Counted from the first letter of the stretch, positions 37,709 to 47,179 are shown. The stretch: 63,666 nucleotides of DNA from a virus (IMGVR_UViG_3300044814_000016:1-63666); one strand, 5' to 3'. Notes: generated by a model not told the origin, from the letters alone. Made by a program: numbers and translations.

Positions 37709-38265
37709 GCGTCCCGCCCTCCCCGGAACTGAATGAGGGCGTCACTCAGCATCTGCGCCCAGTAGCGGCGGATCCGGTCCGGTGCGTCTGACGGCTCCGG
37801 GGTTACGCCGCGCTCGACGATCGCGCGGATCAGGTGCGGGGCGATCATGTACATCTCCTCGTCCGTCGCGGCGGCCTGCGTGGCGAGGTTCACCGGGGTC
37901 AGGATCGGGAGCTTCCCGTATTTCGGGTGACTCGGCGTGCAGTAGTCCATCATCGTGTCAACGGTCTGCCAGCCGCCGTCCGGGTTGATCGCTACGCAGC
38001 ACACCTCATGGGTGACGTCCGGGTGACTCTTCCGCGCCGGTCGCATCCCCGGAATGTCAGCGAGCCGCAGTATCGACAGGCTGTACTGCGACCACAGCGG
38101 GTGGAACCTCGGCGCGGTGACCAGCCAGTGAGATACCGTCGCCGCGAACTGCGGGACGCGCAGCATCGGCAGCTCGTCCGCCTTGCCGTACGGTCCCTCG
38201 ATGTGCAGCAGCTCACGAGGCGCGCGATGCTGCGGGCGAGGCGGGAACCCCGGTGGTGTCGTCAT
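37696..38265 (-). CDS. Hypothetical protein
   Basis: 189 aa, ATGA-coupled to upstream glycosyltransferase, AAAGAAGGGA RBS. Confidence 0.7.
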   Translation of the reverse strand: MTTPPGFPPRPQHRAPRELLHIEGPYGKADELPMLRVPQFAATVSHWLVTAPRFHPLWSQYSLSILRLADIPGMRPARKSHPDVTHEVCCVAINPDGGWQTVDTMMDYCTPSHPKYGKLPILTPVNLATQAAATDEEMYMIAPHLIRAIVERGVTPEPSDAPDRIRRYWAQMLSDALIQFRGGRDAWER

Positions 38266-39224
38266 GATCCCTTCTTTCCCCGGCGCGCGTGCTCCGGGTC
38301 GATCTCGTTAACGAGCTGCGTGGCACCGGACGGGTTGAGGCGCTGCCGGAAACGCGGGTTCGGCACCGCCTTGACCCGGTACGGGTTCCTGACCGGCGGC
38401 TTCCACTCCGGGTCCTTCAGCAGGTTCATGCCGTCGAACTCACTGAAATCAGCCTCATGATGCCAGCGCCCGTAGCGCCGCACGAGCTTCACGATGTCCG
38501 GGTGCATCGCGACCGCGAGCTGTGACTTCTCCAGCGTCCCGTCTGACCCGTAGAACTCTTCCATGTTGCCGCCCGGCATCGTCTGCGTGCCGCGCTTCTC
38601 CTGGTAGAACGCGCAGAACTTCACCGTGCACCAGCCGGCCCGCAGCATCATGATCGACAAGTCCAGGTCCTCGTTGTACCGGCCGCGCCAGCGCAGCATC
38701 GTGTCGTTGCGGATCAGATTGCAGGAGAAGATCCGCCTGTTCAGCGTGAACGGGTCACGGCGCGGGTCACGCGACGGCAGGAAGAACCTGTACTCCGGCC
38801 CCGCCATCCCCACGTTGACGTACCGGAGGCAGAAGTCTTCCATCGCAGCGAGCACCATGCCGTCGCCCACCCGCCTCCGGGCGTTCCTGTGCAGTCGCCC
38901 GAAGCAGTTGATGTTGTCATCCATCACCCAGTGCCACGCGTGCCCCTCGCTCCTGCTGTGATCCCATGCGAAGTTCCGCGCCGGGCCAGGCCCGAGTGAC
39001 TTCTCCCGGCCCACGTCGTCGCCCGTCTCGTACGCGTCCTGGTACGACGGCGGCAGCACCAGCAGCCGGTCAGCCGGGTACATCGCCCGGTACGCGCGAT
39101 ACTGCTGCTCCTCGACGATCAGCCGCGACGGGACACCCATCTGCTCCAGCACGCGCGGCGTCACCGCGATGTCAGCCCGCGACTTCGACGGGATGTACAC
39201 CGGCCACCGCGGGCTACTCGCCAT
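38262..39224 (-). CDS. TAGT/GREB1-like glycosyltransferase (putative DNA-base glycosyltransferase)
   Basis: PVYIPSKSRA, GPGPARNFAWDHS...WHWVMDDNI, RIFSCNLI, WRGRYNEDLDLS, TQTMPGGN, YGRWHH. Confidence 0.8.
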   Translation of the reverse strand: MASSPRWPVYIPSKSRADIAVTPRVLEQMGVPSRLIVEEQQYRAYRAMYPADRLLVLPPSYQDAYETGDDVGREKSLGPGPARNFAWDHSRSEGHAWHWVMDDNINCFGRLHRNARRRVGDGMVLAAMEDFCLRYVNVGMAGPEYRFFLPSRDPRRDPFTLNRRIFSCNLIRNDTMLRWRGRYNEDLDLSIMMLRAGWCTVKFCAFYQEKRGTQTMPGGNMEEFYGSDGTLEKSQLAVAMHPDIVKLVRRYGRWHHEADFSEFDGMNLLKDPEWKPPVRNPYRVKAVPNPRFRQRLNPSGATQLVNEIDPEHARRGKKGS

Positions 39225-39885
39225 CGTCCTGCACTTCCATCACCGAGTAGTCAGGCCCGTTGTCATCCGGCACGTGCGGCCACCACAGGTACTTCCGCGC
39301 CGGGCGCTCCGCCCCGATCAGCGCGAAGAACCGCTCCGCGTCCTCCTCAGCAGGGAAGTGCATCGTCACCGAGTACGCCGCCCGCGCCCCCGGCTGGTCA
39401 AAATCAGGCATCCCCTCCCACTCGTCCACCGGGTCAGTCGCCTTGACCTCAAGCGCGTGATGATGACGCAGCAGCGCCGCAAGCGCATCCTCCGGGTACC
39501 CCGTCCCCGCCAGACCTCGAGGATTTTTCTTCGCCGTCTGGAGCAGGTCGATCAGCTTGCCCTCGTCCATGGTGGCGAGGTGCGTGGTGCGGTTGTCGAT
39601 CGCGAGGATGCGCTCGGCTTCGTCGTCGTCGATGTCGAGCTTGAACGCGGGCAGCGTCGCCGCGCCCTTCGCCTTGGCGGCGCGGTAGCGGTGGTTACCC
39701 GCGACGATCCGCCCCGTTGACGCCTGCACGAGTACCGCCCCGTAGAAGCCGTGCTGGTCCAGGGACTCAGCGATCGCGCCGACGTCCCCCAGGTTCGGGT
39801 TCGACGGGTGCTCGTGCAGTGAGTCGATCGGCGTCTCCGCGTCGAACTCCTGCGGCGCCATCCAGAACGGGATCGGGTCAGACAC
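39214..39885 (-). CDS. ParB/Srx N-terminal domain protein
   Basis: LHEHPSNPN.GDV.AIAESL..HGFY...IVAGNHRYRAA...ILAIDNR. Confidence 0.85.
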   Translation of the reverse strand: MSDPIPFWMAPQEFDAETPIDSLHEHPSNPNLGDVGAIAESLDQHGFYGAVLVQASTGRIVAGNHRYRAAKAKGAATLPAFKLDIDDDEAERILAIDNRTTHLATMDEGKLIDLLQTAKKNPRGLAGTGYPEDALAALLRHHHALEVKATDPVDEWEGMPDFDQPGARAAYSVTMHFPAEEDAERFFALIGAERPARKYLWWPHVPDDNGPDYSVMEVQDDGE

Positions 39886-40115
39886 CGTTGAGCCTCCTCA
39901 CGGCGGGGTTGCCGTACCGCTCAAGCGCCGCTACCTCCGCGTCGAGGTCCGGGGTGGCACTCTCGCGGTACACCAGGATCGCGGCGACCATCTGCTCCTT
40001 GGTCCACGCCCCGGCGTCCCGCAGCGCGTACGGGTGCTGCTTGTTCACGAGCGCAGCGAGCTGGCTGCGCGTCTGCCGCATGAGCAGCATCGCCGCGCTC
40101 GGCGGCGGGTCAGTC

Positions 40116-40439
40116 TCACGCCTGGTCACTGATCGGCTCCCTTCCCAGGATGTGCCCGCCCGGCCCGCGCCTGTTCGCCAACCAGACGTCGATCCGGTCC
40201 TCCCGCCACACGGGAGACCGAACCACCACGGCACGCCCGTCCGCCCGGTGCACTGTGCGGGTGACGTGCTTGCGTGCCGCTGGCATGTCGCTCAGCGTCG
40301 CCTTGCCCAGTTTCCGGGCGCGCTTCCCCGCCGACTGGCAGGACTTGATCGTTGACAGCTCGACACCTGCGCGTGCGGCCACCTGTTCCATGAACAGCAG
40401 CCGCACGCCACCCTCAAGCAGTTCTTCCACCTGCATCAC
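40116..40439 (-). CDS. AlpA/excisionase-like DNA-binding protein
   Basis: EQVAARAGVELSTI HTH; SPVWREDRIDVWLANR.GPG. Confidence 0.6.
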   Translation of the reverse strand: MMQVEELLEGGVRLLFMEQVAARAGVELSTIKSCQSAGKRARKLGKATLSDMPAARKHVTRTVHRADGRAVVVRSPVWREDRIDVWLANRRGPGGHILGREPISDQA

Positions 40440-40451
40440 TTCCCAACTGAG

Positions 40452-40523
40452 TGATGGCCCCCGCTCCGGTGGGGGCGCAACGACCTACGGGGGTTCGGTC
40501 ATCACCCGGAGCGGGGGCCATCA
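40452..40523. terminator. 18-bp-stem inverted repeat downstream of the DUF932-like gene
   Basis: tgatggcccccgctccgg-N36-ccggagcgggggccatca. Confidence 0.55.
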
Positions 40524-40528
40524 GCTTG

Positions 40529-41752
40529 TCAGGCGAGGCGGGCAGCTACGGTCAGCGCCCGCTGCGCCTTGTCTTCGAGGTCGTACGTCACGTCGGCGTT
40601 GTCGGCGTGCTGCGCGGTCCACGTCACGGCTTGCATGATGCCGCCTGCGGTCGTCTGGCCGCCCTTGGTGAACGCGTTCAGGATGTCGTTTTCCATCTCC
40701 TTCGGGAACCCGGCGTCTGCGACGACGGCCTTGATCGTGTCAGCGGGGTGAGTGACCTCGACGCCCGCCAGCTTCTCCATCTCGCTGATCTTGTCGCGCA
40801 GGTACTCGACGTCGAGGAACGTGGTCACGGCGTCGCGGACCTTCGCGGTGACGAGCGCGAGTTCCTTCGCCACGGTGTCGTCGCTGTACTTGACTACGCC
40901 CTCTTCCCGCTTGCTGGTGAGGTGCACGGCGCGGAACGCGTCCTTGGTGAACGTCTGACCGTTCGCGCAGATCAGGAACTTGATGCGCGGGATGGCGGAG
41001 GTGGCACCGGAGCCGACCTCGCTGTTGCGGAACACGATGCCCGCGCTGATCGACGGGTCCTTGTCAGCCGTCTTGCCGGTCTTCGGGTTCCGGTAGCCCT
41101 TCAGCAGCTCGGGCGCGAGCGCCTTGATGCCGGGGGCGTTGATCGCCACGTACATGTGACGGTCGGTCAGGTCGCAGCGCTCGATCTTGATGCGCTTCTC
41201 CGGGGGCAGCTTCGGGTCGATCCCGAGACCTGCCTCCTGAAGCCCGGCGAACGCGGCGACGATCGTGTCGAGGTTGTCGACCGGCTTGAACGAATCACTC
41301 AGCAGCGCGCGGGCGATGCCGGTACCGTCCTCGTCGCCCCTGAACAGGCGCAGGAAGAACTTCCGGTCATCCGGTGCGACGCGCTCGTACATGTCGGCGT
41401 CGTCCGGGTTGTACCCGTGAAGCAGCGCGTTGAGGTTCGTGTCGTACAGGTCGAGGCGGTTCTGGTGCAGGTAGCGCAGGTACTGGCCGGTGATCGGCAG
41501 CCGGTCGGTGAGCCCGCCGTCGAACACCTCGGTCGGGACGTACTGCCCGCCGATGCTCGTGACGCCCTCGTCGGTGATCGCCGGGGCGGCGCTGTCCGGG
41601 ATGACCAGCGTCCCGTTGACGAACTCCATCTGAGACGCCGGAATCACGACGTCGAGGCGGCGGACGCGCTGAGTTTCGAGAATCTGGCGCAGCGTCGCGA
41701 AGTCGGCGCGGGTGGCGGTGGTGACCAGGTGATCGGTCATGGTGTGCTCCAC
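40529..41752 (-). CDS. DUF932-like protein
   Basis: ARALLSDSFKPVDN...GIVFRNSEVGSGA....PR...LICANG. Confidence 0.7.
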   Translation of the reverse strand: MEHTMTDHLVTTATRADFATLRQILETQRVRRLDVVIPASQMEFVNGTLVIPDSAAPAITDEGVTSIGGQYVPTEVFDGGLTDRLPITGQYLRYLHQNRLDLYDTNLNALLHGYNPDDADMYERVAPDDRKFFLRLFRGDEDGTGIARALLSDSFKPVDNLDTIVAAFAGLQEAGLGIDPKLPPEKRIKIERCDLTDRHMYVAINAPGIKALAPELLKGYRNPKTGKTADKDPSISAGIVFRNSEVGSGATSAIPRIKFLICANGQTFTKDAFRAVHLTSKREEGVVKYSDDTVAKELALVTAKVRDAVTTFLDVEYLRDKISEMEKLAGVEVTHPADTIKAVVADAGFPKEMENDILNAFTKGGQTTAGGIMQAVTWTAQHADNADVTYDLEDKAQRALTVAARLA

Positions 41753-41782
41753 TCTCTCGGTGGCAGGAACTGCCTGGCGTCA

Positions 41783-41810
41783 GTCTACTCGCTACCCGTA
41801 GTAGATCAAG
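41783..41810 (-). promoter_or_regulatory. Promoter of the recurring motif family, upstream of the DUF932-like gene
   Basis: TTGATC-tactacgggtagcgag-TAGACT on minus strand; nearly identical to the site near 55218. Confidence 0.65.
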
Positions 41811-42132
41811 CGTCGCCGTCTTCGTTCGGCTCACCGGGAGCGAACTCCTCACCCGGCTCGTACGGCAGGATCATCGCGCCCGTCCGGGCCGACAGCGCCT
41901 GGAACAGCACCTCCGCGACGATGCCGCGCTGGTCCTCGGGCACGATCTCCGCGTGCCTGACCCGGAGGGTCATCGTGGTCTGGTCCTTGTCGAGGTTGAG
42001 CTTGTTCTCGAACCCGGACATGAGCGCGACGACGAGGAACGTCTTGCGCTGACCTTCGCCGAGCAGCTTCTCAGCGTCGATCAGGCCGTTTTTCTCGTCG
42101 TCGGGTAGCGCCCCGGCGAGCTTGATGATCAT
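41806..42132 (-). CDS. Hypothetical protein
   Basis: MIIKLAGALPDDEKNGL; ATGA overlap with rusA-like gene. Confidence 0.65.
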   Translation of the reverse strand: MIIKLAGALPDDEKNGLIDAEKLLGEGQRKTFLVVALMSGFENKLNLDKDQTTMTLRVRHAEIVPEDQRGIVAEVLFQALSARTGAMILPYEPGEEFAPGEPNEDGDA

Positions 42133-42626
42133 GCGAATACCCCCAGTTCGGCGATACTGATCCATGCTCCTGGCACCCGTTGTGCGTGCTGATGACCGCC
42201 AGGGTACACCGCTGCGCTGAAACATTCGACGACTTGGCAGTCATCCTTCCAGACGCCCGCGTCGGTGATCGCGTCCTCGGTGGCCCTGACCAGGTGACTC
42301 AGGTCCCCGGTGGCGCGAGTCGCCGGGCGGGCCGGCGCAGTCGGCTTGAGCCTGCGCCGGTTCTTCCCGGTGCCGTAGTGCGACGTGGGGCGGGCGAACG
42401 TGAACACGACGTACAGCAGCACCGGCCCTTCCATCGGCTCCCACTTCTCCGCCTGCTCCCCCGTGGCGTCACCGATCGCCAGCTCGGCTGACTCGACGAC
42501 CGCGCCCCGGTACGACTTCACGCCCGCCGCGCTCGACTCGATCATGTACGGCTTGCCGCTCTTGCTGACACGGGGCCGCTTGCTCCCCTGCGGTGCGGGG
42601 CGGGCGTGAACGGTGAACTCCAGCAC
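42129..42626 (-). CDS. rusA: RusA-family Holliday junction resolvase
   Basis: PAPQGSK...F.RP.SHY...GDLSHLVRATEDAIT..GVWKDDCQVV. Confidence 0.88.
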   Translation of the reverse strand: MLEFTVHARPAPQGSKRPRVSKSGKPYMIESSAAGVKSYRGAVVESAELAIGDATGEQAEKWEPMEGPVLLYVVFTFARPTSHYGTGKNRRRLKPTAPARPATRATGDLSHLVRATEDAITDAGVWKDDCQVVECFSAAVYPGGHQHAQRVPGAWISIAELGVFA

Positions 42627-42630
42627 GGGG

Positions 42631-42879
42631 TCACCCCTTGGCGGGCTCGGTGAACTCCGTGCCGCCGCCGGTCCTCTCGGCTGCGTCCCAGTGGCGGCGC
42701 AGCGCCTCCAGGGCACCGAAGTTGCCGTTCGCCTTGACGTCGGCCAGGTACGCCGCGAACGCCGTCAGCGCCACGGTGTCAGGGCCGCCCGCGTCGATCG
42801 CGGTGTTCAGGGCGGTCTCGGTGGTGCCCGCCCACGTGCCCAGGCTGAACATGTCCTTGTTCGTGTGCCGTGTACCCAT
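42631..42879 (-). CDS. Hypothetical protein
   Basis: 82 aa from ATG 42879, GAGGGAGAG upstream. Confidence 0.55.
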   Translation of the reverse strand: MGTRHTNKDMFSLGTWAGTTETALNTAIDAGGPDTVALTAFAAYLADVKANGNFGALEALRRHWDAAERTGGGTEFTEPAKG

Positions 42880-42914
42880 GACTCTCCCTCTACTGGTTGT
42901 GCGTCGAATGTACC

Positions 42915-44204
42915 TTACCCGCCGTCGCCCTCCGGCAACAGCGGTACCGTCCACTCAGGACGGTGGTCATAGTTGGCCACCCAAGGCCACGTCGTGCCCA
43001 GCGGGCGACTCCGGGTGATCCAGTTTGGCCAGCGGCGCTCCTCGTCACGCTGACCCTTGAACCAGGTCCAGTCCAGGGCACCGTGATCACCGTCGTGCTT
43101 TTTGATGGCGTAGTTCAGCGACACGCCGAACTCGCACCACTTCGCCCACAGGTTCGTGCCCTCCGGCCGCATCTCGCGCTTGCCGCCACCAGCACCGTAC
43201 GGGGCGTGCTCCTCCAGCCACAGCGCGACCCCGTAGTCCTCTCGCATCCGGTCCCAGAACGCAGCGAGCAGCGCGTACGACTCCAGGTCCGCCTTGACGC
43301 CCCAGATCATCTTGTAAATCGGGCCGGCCACCACGAGCTGAGCCCGCGTCCGCTTAATGAGCTGCGCCATGCCGTACGCGTCACGCGGCGAGGTGAGATT
43401 CATCCCGCCCGGCTTGTGCAGCAGCGTCAGGTTCTTGCTGTCCCACCCGCCGTACGCCTGCGCCAGGCCCCGGAACGTTCGGAACCGGCGCTGGACGATG
43501 TGCTCCGGGTTTTCCCCGTCCACGACCAGCACCCGCAGCGGCTCCATCGGCTCGAAGGAGAACGGGTGCGCCCCGGCTGACGCAGCGAATCCCACCTGGA
43601 GCCCGAGAATCGACTTGCCGCTCCCCTCCGGTCCCACGACCATCGCCCGCTCCTGCGGGTACAGCAGATTCGGGATCAGCGGCTCCGATGTGGGCTTCTC
43701 CGCATCGCAGACCTCGTCTGCGGTCAGCCCTTGCATGTCGAAGTCGATAGCCGTCGTCAGCGCCCGGTCAAGCAGCGTGTGACCCCGGCCGATCATCGTC
43801 GCCTCGTCCACGTCGCCCTGCCGCGCCTCGCTGATCATCCGGCTGCCGACACTGATCAGCGCCCGTCGCGTGGCACAGCGACGCACGATCTTCGCGTACA
43901 CCACCGCCCAGTCAGGGATCACCTGGAGGCCGGCCAGGTCAGCGATGTAGATCCCGTCGCCGCCGATCGCCCGCAGGTCCCCGTTCTCCGTCATCCACGC
44001 GACGATCGTCACCGGGTCGATCGGCTCACCAGCCGCCATCATCAGCACGAGCGTACGGAAGATCACCTGATGACCAGGGCGAAAGAAACTTCCCTCGTCA
44101 ACGATCTCCGCTGCCTGCTCGACGGCTGACGGGTGCAACATCATCGCCGCCAGGGTGCGGCGCTCGGCCTCGATGTCGTGGATCGGCAGCTCGTCGTCAG
44201 TCAT
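42915..44204 (-). CDS. Replicative helicase: DnaB N-terminal domain plus RecA-like (AAA_25-type) ATPase
   Basis: PIHDIEAER...FFRPGHQVIF...IDPVT; Walker A GPEGSGKS; VLVVDGEN. Confidence 0.85.
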   Translation of the reverse strand: MTDDELPIHDIEAERRTLAAMMLHPSAVEQAAEIVDEGSFFRPGHQVIFRTLVLMMAAGEPIDPVTIVAWMTENGDLRAIGGDGIYIADLAGLQVIPDWAVVYAKIVRRCATRRALISVGSRMISEARQGDVDEATMIGRGHTLLDRALTTAIDFDMQGLTADEVCDAEKPTSEPLIPNLLYPQERAMVVGPEGSGKSILGLQVGFAASAGAHPFSFEPMEPLRVLVVDGENPEHIVQRRFRTFRGLAQAYGGWDSKNLTLLHKPGGMNLTSPRDAYGMAQLIKRTRAQLVVAGPIYKMIWGVKADLESYALLAAFWDRMREDYGVALWLEEHAPYGAGGGKREMRPEGTNLWAKWCEFGVSLNYAIKKHDGDHGALDWTWFKGQRDEERRWPNWITRSRPLGTTWPWVANYDHRPEWTVPLLPEGDGG

Positions 44205-44976
44205 CGCTACCGAACCCGCTCTCTGGCGTGGCGTAGCCCGGCCGGTCCCACGGCGGTACGCCAGCCTGATCGTCATCGCCGTCGTACTCGTCATCCCAGC
44301 CGCCGTCATTGAGCCACGTCGCCGGGTGCTTGGTGAACTTCGACCGTCCGGGTTGAAGCTGGTGCTCGGCGTACACCGCAGCAGCCGAGATGATCACCGT
44401 CACCTCGGCCGCGTCCTTGCCCTTGACTGCCTTCGCCCATGCCCTGATTGCTCGCTGCTTGGCGACTCGGCGGGGGTAGACCGCCCAGAAGTCATCGAAG
44501 CGATCCGATACTGAGCTTGACTCAGCGTTGACCATGTTCATGGGTTGGGTTGGGTTGGGTTGGGTGCTATTGGGGTCAGATGGGGTACCCCATGTTGACC
44601 CCATGTTGACCCCATTAGAATCAGCATCGAACAGTGTCGGTCCCCATCGTTTGTCGGCCCCGCGTTTCCCCGCCTTGGACATCGCCTCACGAGCGTCGAG
44701 CTGCTGCCACTTGCGGTAGTTGCGGAACTGCCAGCCGTCGTCCTCGGCCGGCTCCCACAGTCGCACCTGAACAAGCAGGTCCGCGAGTGCCGCCGTCCGG
44801 TCGCCTGCGAACGTCTCGGCAACTTCGGCGGGGATGATGCCCTGCTTGCCGTGTGCGTGGGTCCATGACAGGCAGAACGTCCACAGCCCGGCGGCGGCGA
44901 GCCCGTCCGGGTGCCGCAGCAGTCGCATCGCCTTCAGGTGACCGTAGAGCTGGTCATCTACTCGCGCCCAAGACAT
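44197..44976 (-). CDS. Replication initiator protein
   Basis: MSWARVDD...AAGLW; C-terminal FDDFWAVYPRRVAK...KHPATWLN...WDDE; internal iterons. Confidence 0.85.
   Translation of the reverse strand: MSWARVDDQLYGHLKAMRLLRHPDGLAAAGLWTFCLSWTHAHGKQGIIPAEVAETFAGDRTAALADLLVQVRLWEPAEDDGWQFRNYRKWQQLDAREAMSKAGKRGADKRWGPTLFDADSNGVNMGSTWGTPSDPNSTQPNPTQPMNMVNAESSSVSDRFDDFWAVYPRRVAKQRAIRAWAKAVKGKDAAEVTVIISAAAVYAEHQLQPGRSKFTKHPATWLNDGGWDDEYDGDDDQAGVPPWDRPGYATPESGFGSDD
44528..44647. repeat. Iteron cluster / probable replication origin inside the initiator gene
   Basis: (TGGGT)x5 at 44541-44565, then TGGGGT copies facing tandem ACCCCATGTTG repeats. Confidence 0.7.
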
Positions 44977-45096
44977 CAGCGTCGCCTCGGATGCGGACTG
45001 TCGTTCCCGGCTGCTATCGTGTGCACGAGAACTCCTTCCGTTGGGTAGCTCCTCGGGTTGAGTGGCTAAGCGTCTCCTTGGCCGGCGATCGCTTAC

Positions 45097-45127
45097 CGGG
45101 CCGGGTTTCCTTCGGGAGCCCGGCCCG
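45097..45127. promoter_or_regulatory. GC-rich hairpin (TTCG loop) in the divergent control region
   Basis: cgggccgggtttcc-ttcg-ggagcccggcccg. Confidence 0.5.
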
Positions 45128-45383
45128 ACTCATGTCGTTTTGTGCAGCTCACCCTACTCGCGCCTGTTGCACCTGTGTAGAGGACGCGCCACCTCGCCCC
45201 GGCGGCGGCAGGAGCGCCTGAGACGGCCTTGGACCACTCGCGTAGACAATCACTCGCGACGATCCCACGGGGCCGCCAGCGGCGATAACCGCTAGTCCGG
45301 CAGTTTAGATCTGCTGCGGCGATGCGGGTTTGTCTCGGTTGTCCCGGTTTGCGTTCCGGGTGGTAAATAAAAGGTGAGAAAGG

Positions 45384-45425
45384 CGTACATGGCCTCTTTA
45401 CATCGCACCCGTTGTGAGTGACACT
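45384..45425 (+). promoter_or_regulatory. Early promoter, motif copy
   Basis: CGTACAT-ggcctc-TTTACA-tcgcacccgttgtgag-TGACACT. Confidence 0.7.
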
Positions 45426-45462
45426 GGTAGTGAGAGAGCAGATCACGACCAGAGGGAGCGTC

Positions 45463-45612
45463 ATGAACGCCACGCAGACCAGCCTAGACATCCAGAACCG
45501 CCTCACCTGGGCGCGCCTCAACGCAGAAGCGTACGACAGCATGATGACCGCCCCCGTCGTGTACACGACCCCCGAGTGGGACGCGTACCGCTACGCAGAA
45601 GCGCACATGTGA
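45463..45612 (+). CDS. Small early protein (49 aa)
   Basis: Between promoter motif and intrinsic terminator; GAGGGAG RBS. Confidence 0.65.
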   Translation: MNATQTSLDIQNRLTWARLNAEAYDSMMTAPVVYTTPEWDAYRYAEAHM

Positions 45613-45629
45613 AGTCGTCGCAGACCACG

Positions 45630-45661
45630 CCCCCCGGCTCAGCGCCGGGGGGTATCTTTTT
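45630..45661 (+). terminator. Intrinsic terminator
   Basis: ccccccggc-tcagc-gccgggggg-tatcttttt. Confidence 0.85.
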
Positions 45662-45701
45662 GTACAGCACGTGTTTACATCTCACGGGTAGTGGGTATGA
45701 T
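45662..45701 (+). promoter_or_regulatory. Early promoter, motif copy
   Basis: GTACAG-cacgtg-TTTACA-tctcacgggtagtggg-TATGAT. Confidence 0.75.
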
Positions 45702-45961
45702 GTGAGTGAGAGCTACAGAGAGAGATGATCACCCGTGAACACGACCGCACGCGAACCCAGCCGCATCGTCAACATCCTGCTCACGCCCGTCGCCGCCGTC
45801 ATCAGCCTCGTCGAGCTGACCCTGCCGAAGTCCGAAAGGGGCGGGCAGCTATGACCGCCGCTCACGTTCAGCCCGAAGCGCCGGTAGAAGTCTGCTGGCT
45901 GCTCGACGTCCGCCGCTACGGGCATCGAGACGGCGAACGAGCTTCACGCCGAGGACGCGTC

Positions 45962-46375
45962 ATGAGCACCTCGGCGACCGCTCGCACCTGGACCGCGACA
46001 ATCGCGTACGGCGACCAGATCACGTTCCCCTGCTGGACAAGCCGCGAGACCGTCACCGCTGACCTCAGCGAGAACGACCTACAGCGCGACCAGGCGTACG
46101 TTGCACAGCTAGAAGCGACCCAGTACCTCCTGGCCGGTGCCGCCACGAGCGCGTACGTGCAGCTTCACAAGACGACCAAGAGCGGCACCCGGAACGACCG
46201 GGGATTCGCCATGGACCTGTGGGACGCGGAGATATTCGCGCTGCGGCACGCGACCCGCCGCAGCACGCAGATCACCCCGCGCCCGGTTATGCCGCACCCG
46301 GACGAGCGCGTGCTATTCGGCAGCACCACAACGAACCGCGAACTGCGGGACGCGCTTAGGAAGGACAAGTCATGA
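45962..46375 (+). CDS. Hypothetical protein
   Basis: Protein-like part of ORF 45725..46375 from ATG 45962. Confidence 0.6.
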   Translation: MSTSATARTWTATIAYGDQITFPCWTSRETVTADLSENDLQRDQAYVAQLEATQYLLAGAATSAYVQLHKTTKSGTRNDRGFAMDLWDAEIFALRHATRRSTQITPRPVMPHPDERVLFGSTTTNRELRDALRKDKS

Positions 46376-46514
46376 GCGCGCAGCGGCAGGTTCAGGTGCA
46401 GCGCCAGCGCTCGCGCCCGAGCGACGCGAAGCCAGTCCGCCAGTCGTATTACGACCCGCAGGTCCGCGCCGCGAAGCTCGCGGCAGCGCGCAAGAGCACC
46501 GAGCGTAAGGGACA

Positions 46515-46748
46515 ATGATCGTGATGACTATGACGCCTCACGAGCCGACCGCAGCCGAGCGCGCGGGCACCGCCGCGACGCTGACAGCTCTCGACACCTG
46601 CGACCGCTGCGGCGCTCAGGCTTTCGTGCGCTTGACGCTCGACGGCCACACGATCGATTTCTGCGCGCATCACTTCGCTGAGCACGACCTCGCCCTGCAC
46701 GTTAAGGGCTGGGTCATCACGGCTGACGACCGTCAGAGTCTGTCGTGA
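46515..46748 (+). CDS. Small Zn-finger protein of actinobacterial type
   Basis: LTALDTCDRCGAQAFVR...FCAHH. Confidence 0.7.
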   Translation: MIVMTMTPHEPTAAERAGTAATLTALDTCDRCGAQAFVRLTLDGHTIDFCAHHFAEHDLALHVKGWVITADDRQSLS

Positions 46749-46919
46749 TCATCGCCGCCGGGTGCGTGCTCGCGTTCATCGCGATCAGCGGCCTGCTGAT
46801 CAGGCACGGCCGGCGCGGGCGTCGCGGGCTGATCTGGATGATGCGAATGCACGACGACGACGAATCGTTACCCGGCCGTGACCTGCTCCCGGTCGGGAGA
46901 GGCTTGTTCGATTAACGCG

Positions 46920-46953
46920 CTGGCGCTGGGCGAATCCCCAGCGCCAGTTTCTT
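46920..46953 (+). terminator. Intrinsic terminator
   Basis: ctggcgctggg-cgaatc-cccagcgccag-tttctt. Confidence 0.8.
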
Positions 46954-47053
46954 GTGTGACCAGTGCTGACCGATGGTTGCTCCCGCTGGTGTCGCCCTGG
47001 GAGCCGCGTGCCGCTGTTGCACGGTGCGTGACGACGGGTGACACTGAGGTAGC

Positions 47054-47095
47054 CGTACATTACCTGTTTACTTCGCACCCGTTGTGGGTAAGAAT
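47054..47095 (+). promoter_or_regulatory. Early promoter, motif copy
   Basis: CGTACAT-tacctg-TTTACT-tcgcacccgttgtggg-TAAGAAT. Confidence 0.75.
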
Positions 47096-47179
47096 GAGTA
47101 CAGCACCAACAAGTGAATCGCCAGCGTCGCTGTCATCGTCAAGTGCCAGCGACGTGACGCCACAGGGAGAGAGCACGAG

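Noticed and set aside
39512-39532. CCTCGAGG palindrome plus T-run inside the ParB-like gene as a pac site
   Set aside because: Short, explained by Lys-Lys-Asn codons, and the apparent skew change could not be quantified by eye
39214-39885. ParB as a plasmid-prophage partition system
   Set aside because: No ParA, no HTH after the ParB-N domain and no parS array; the context is a modification gene
40451-42052. Long antisense ORFs (e.g. 40451..42052, 4698..6017, 8563..9807, 18836..20164, 22591..23844 on +)
   Set aside because: Shadow frames of real minus-strand genes in high-GC DNA; Arg/Pro-rich with no motifs or RBS
44541-44615. CRISPR-like or telomere-like repeat
   Set aside because: Short repeats without unique spacers inside the initiator gene; iterons explain them
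45093-45566. 157-aa minus-strand ORF as an immunity repressor in the divergent region
   Set aside because: No HTH; it overlaps the promoter motif and a better-supported plus-strand gene
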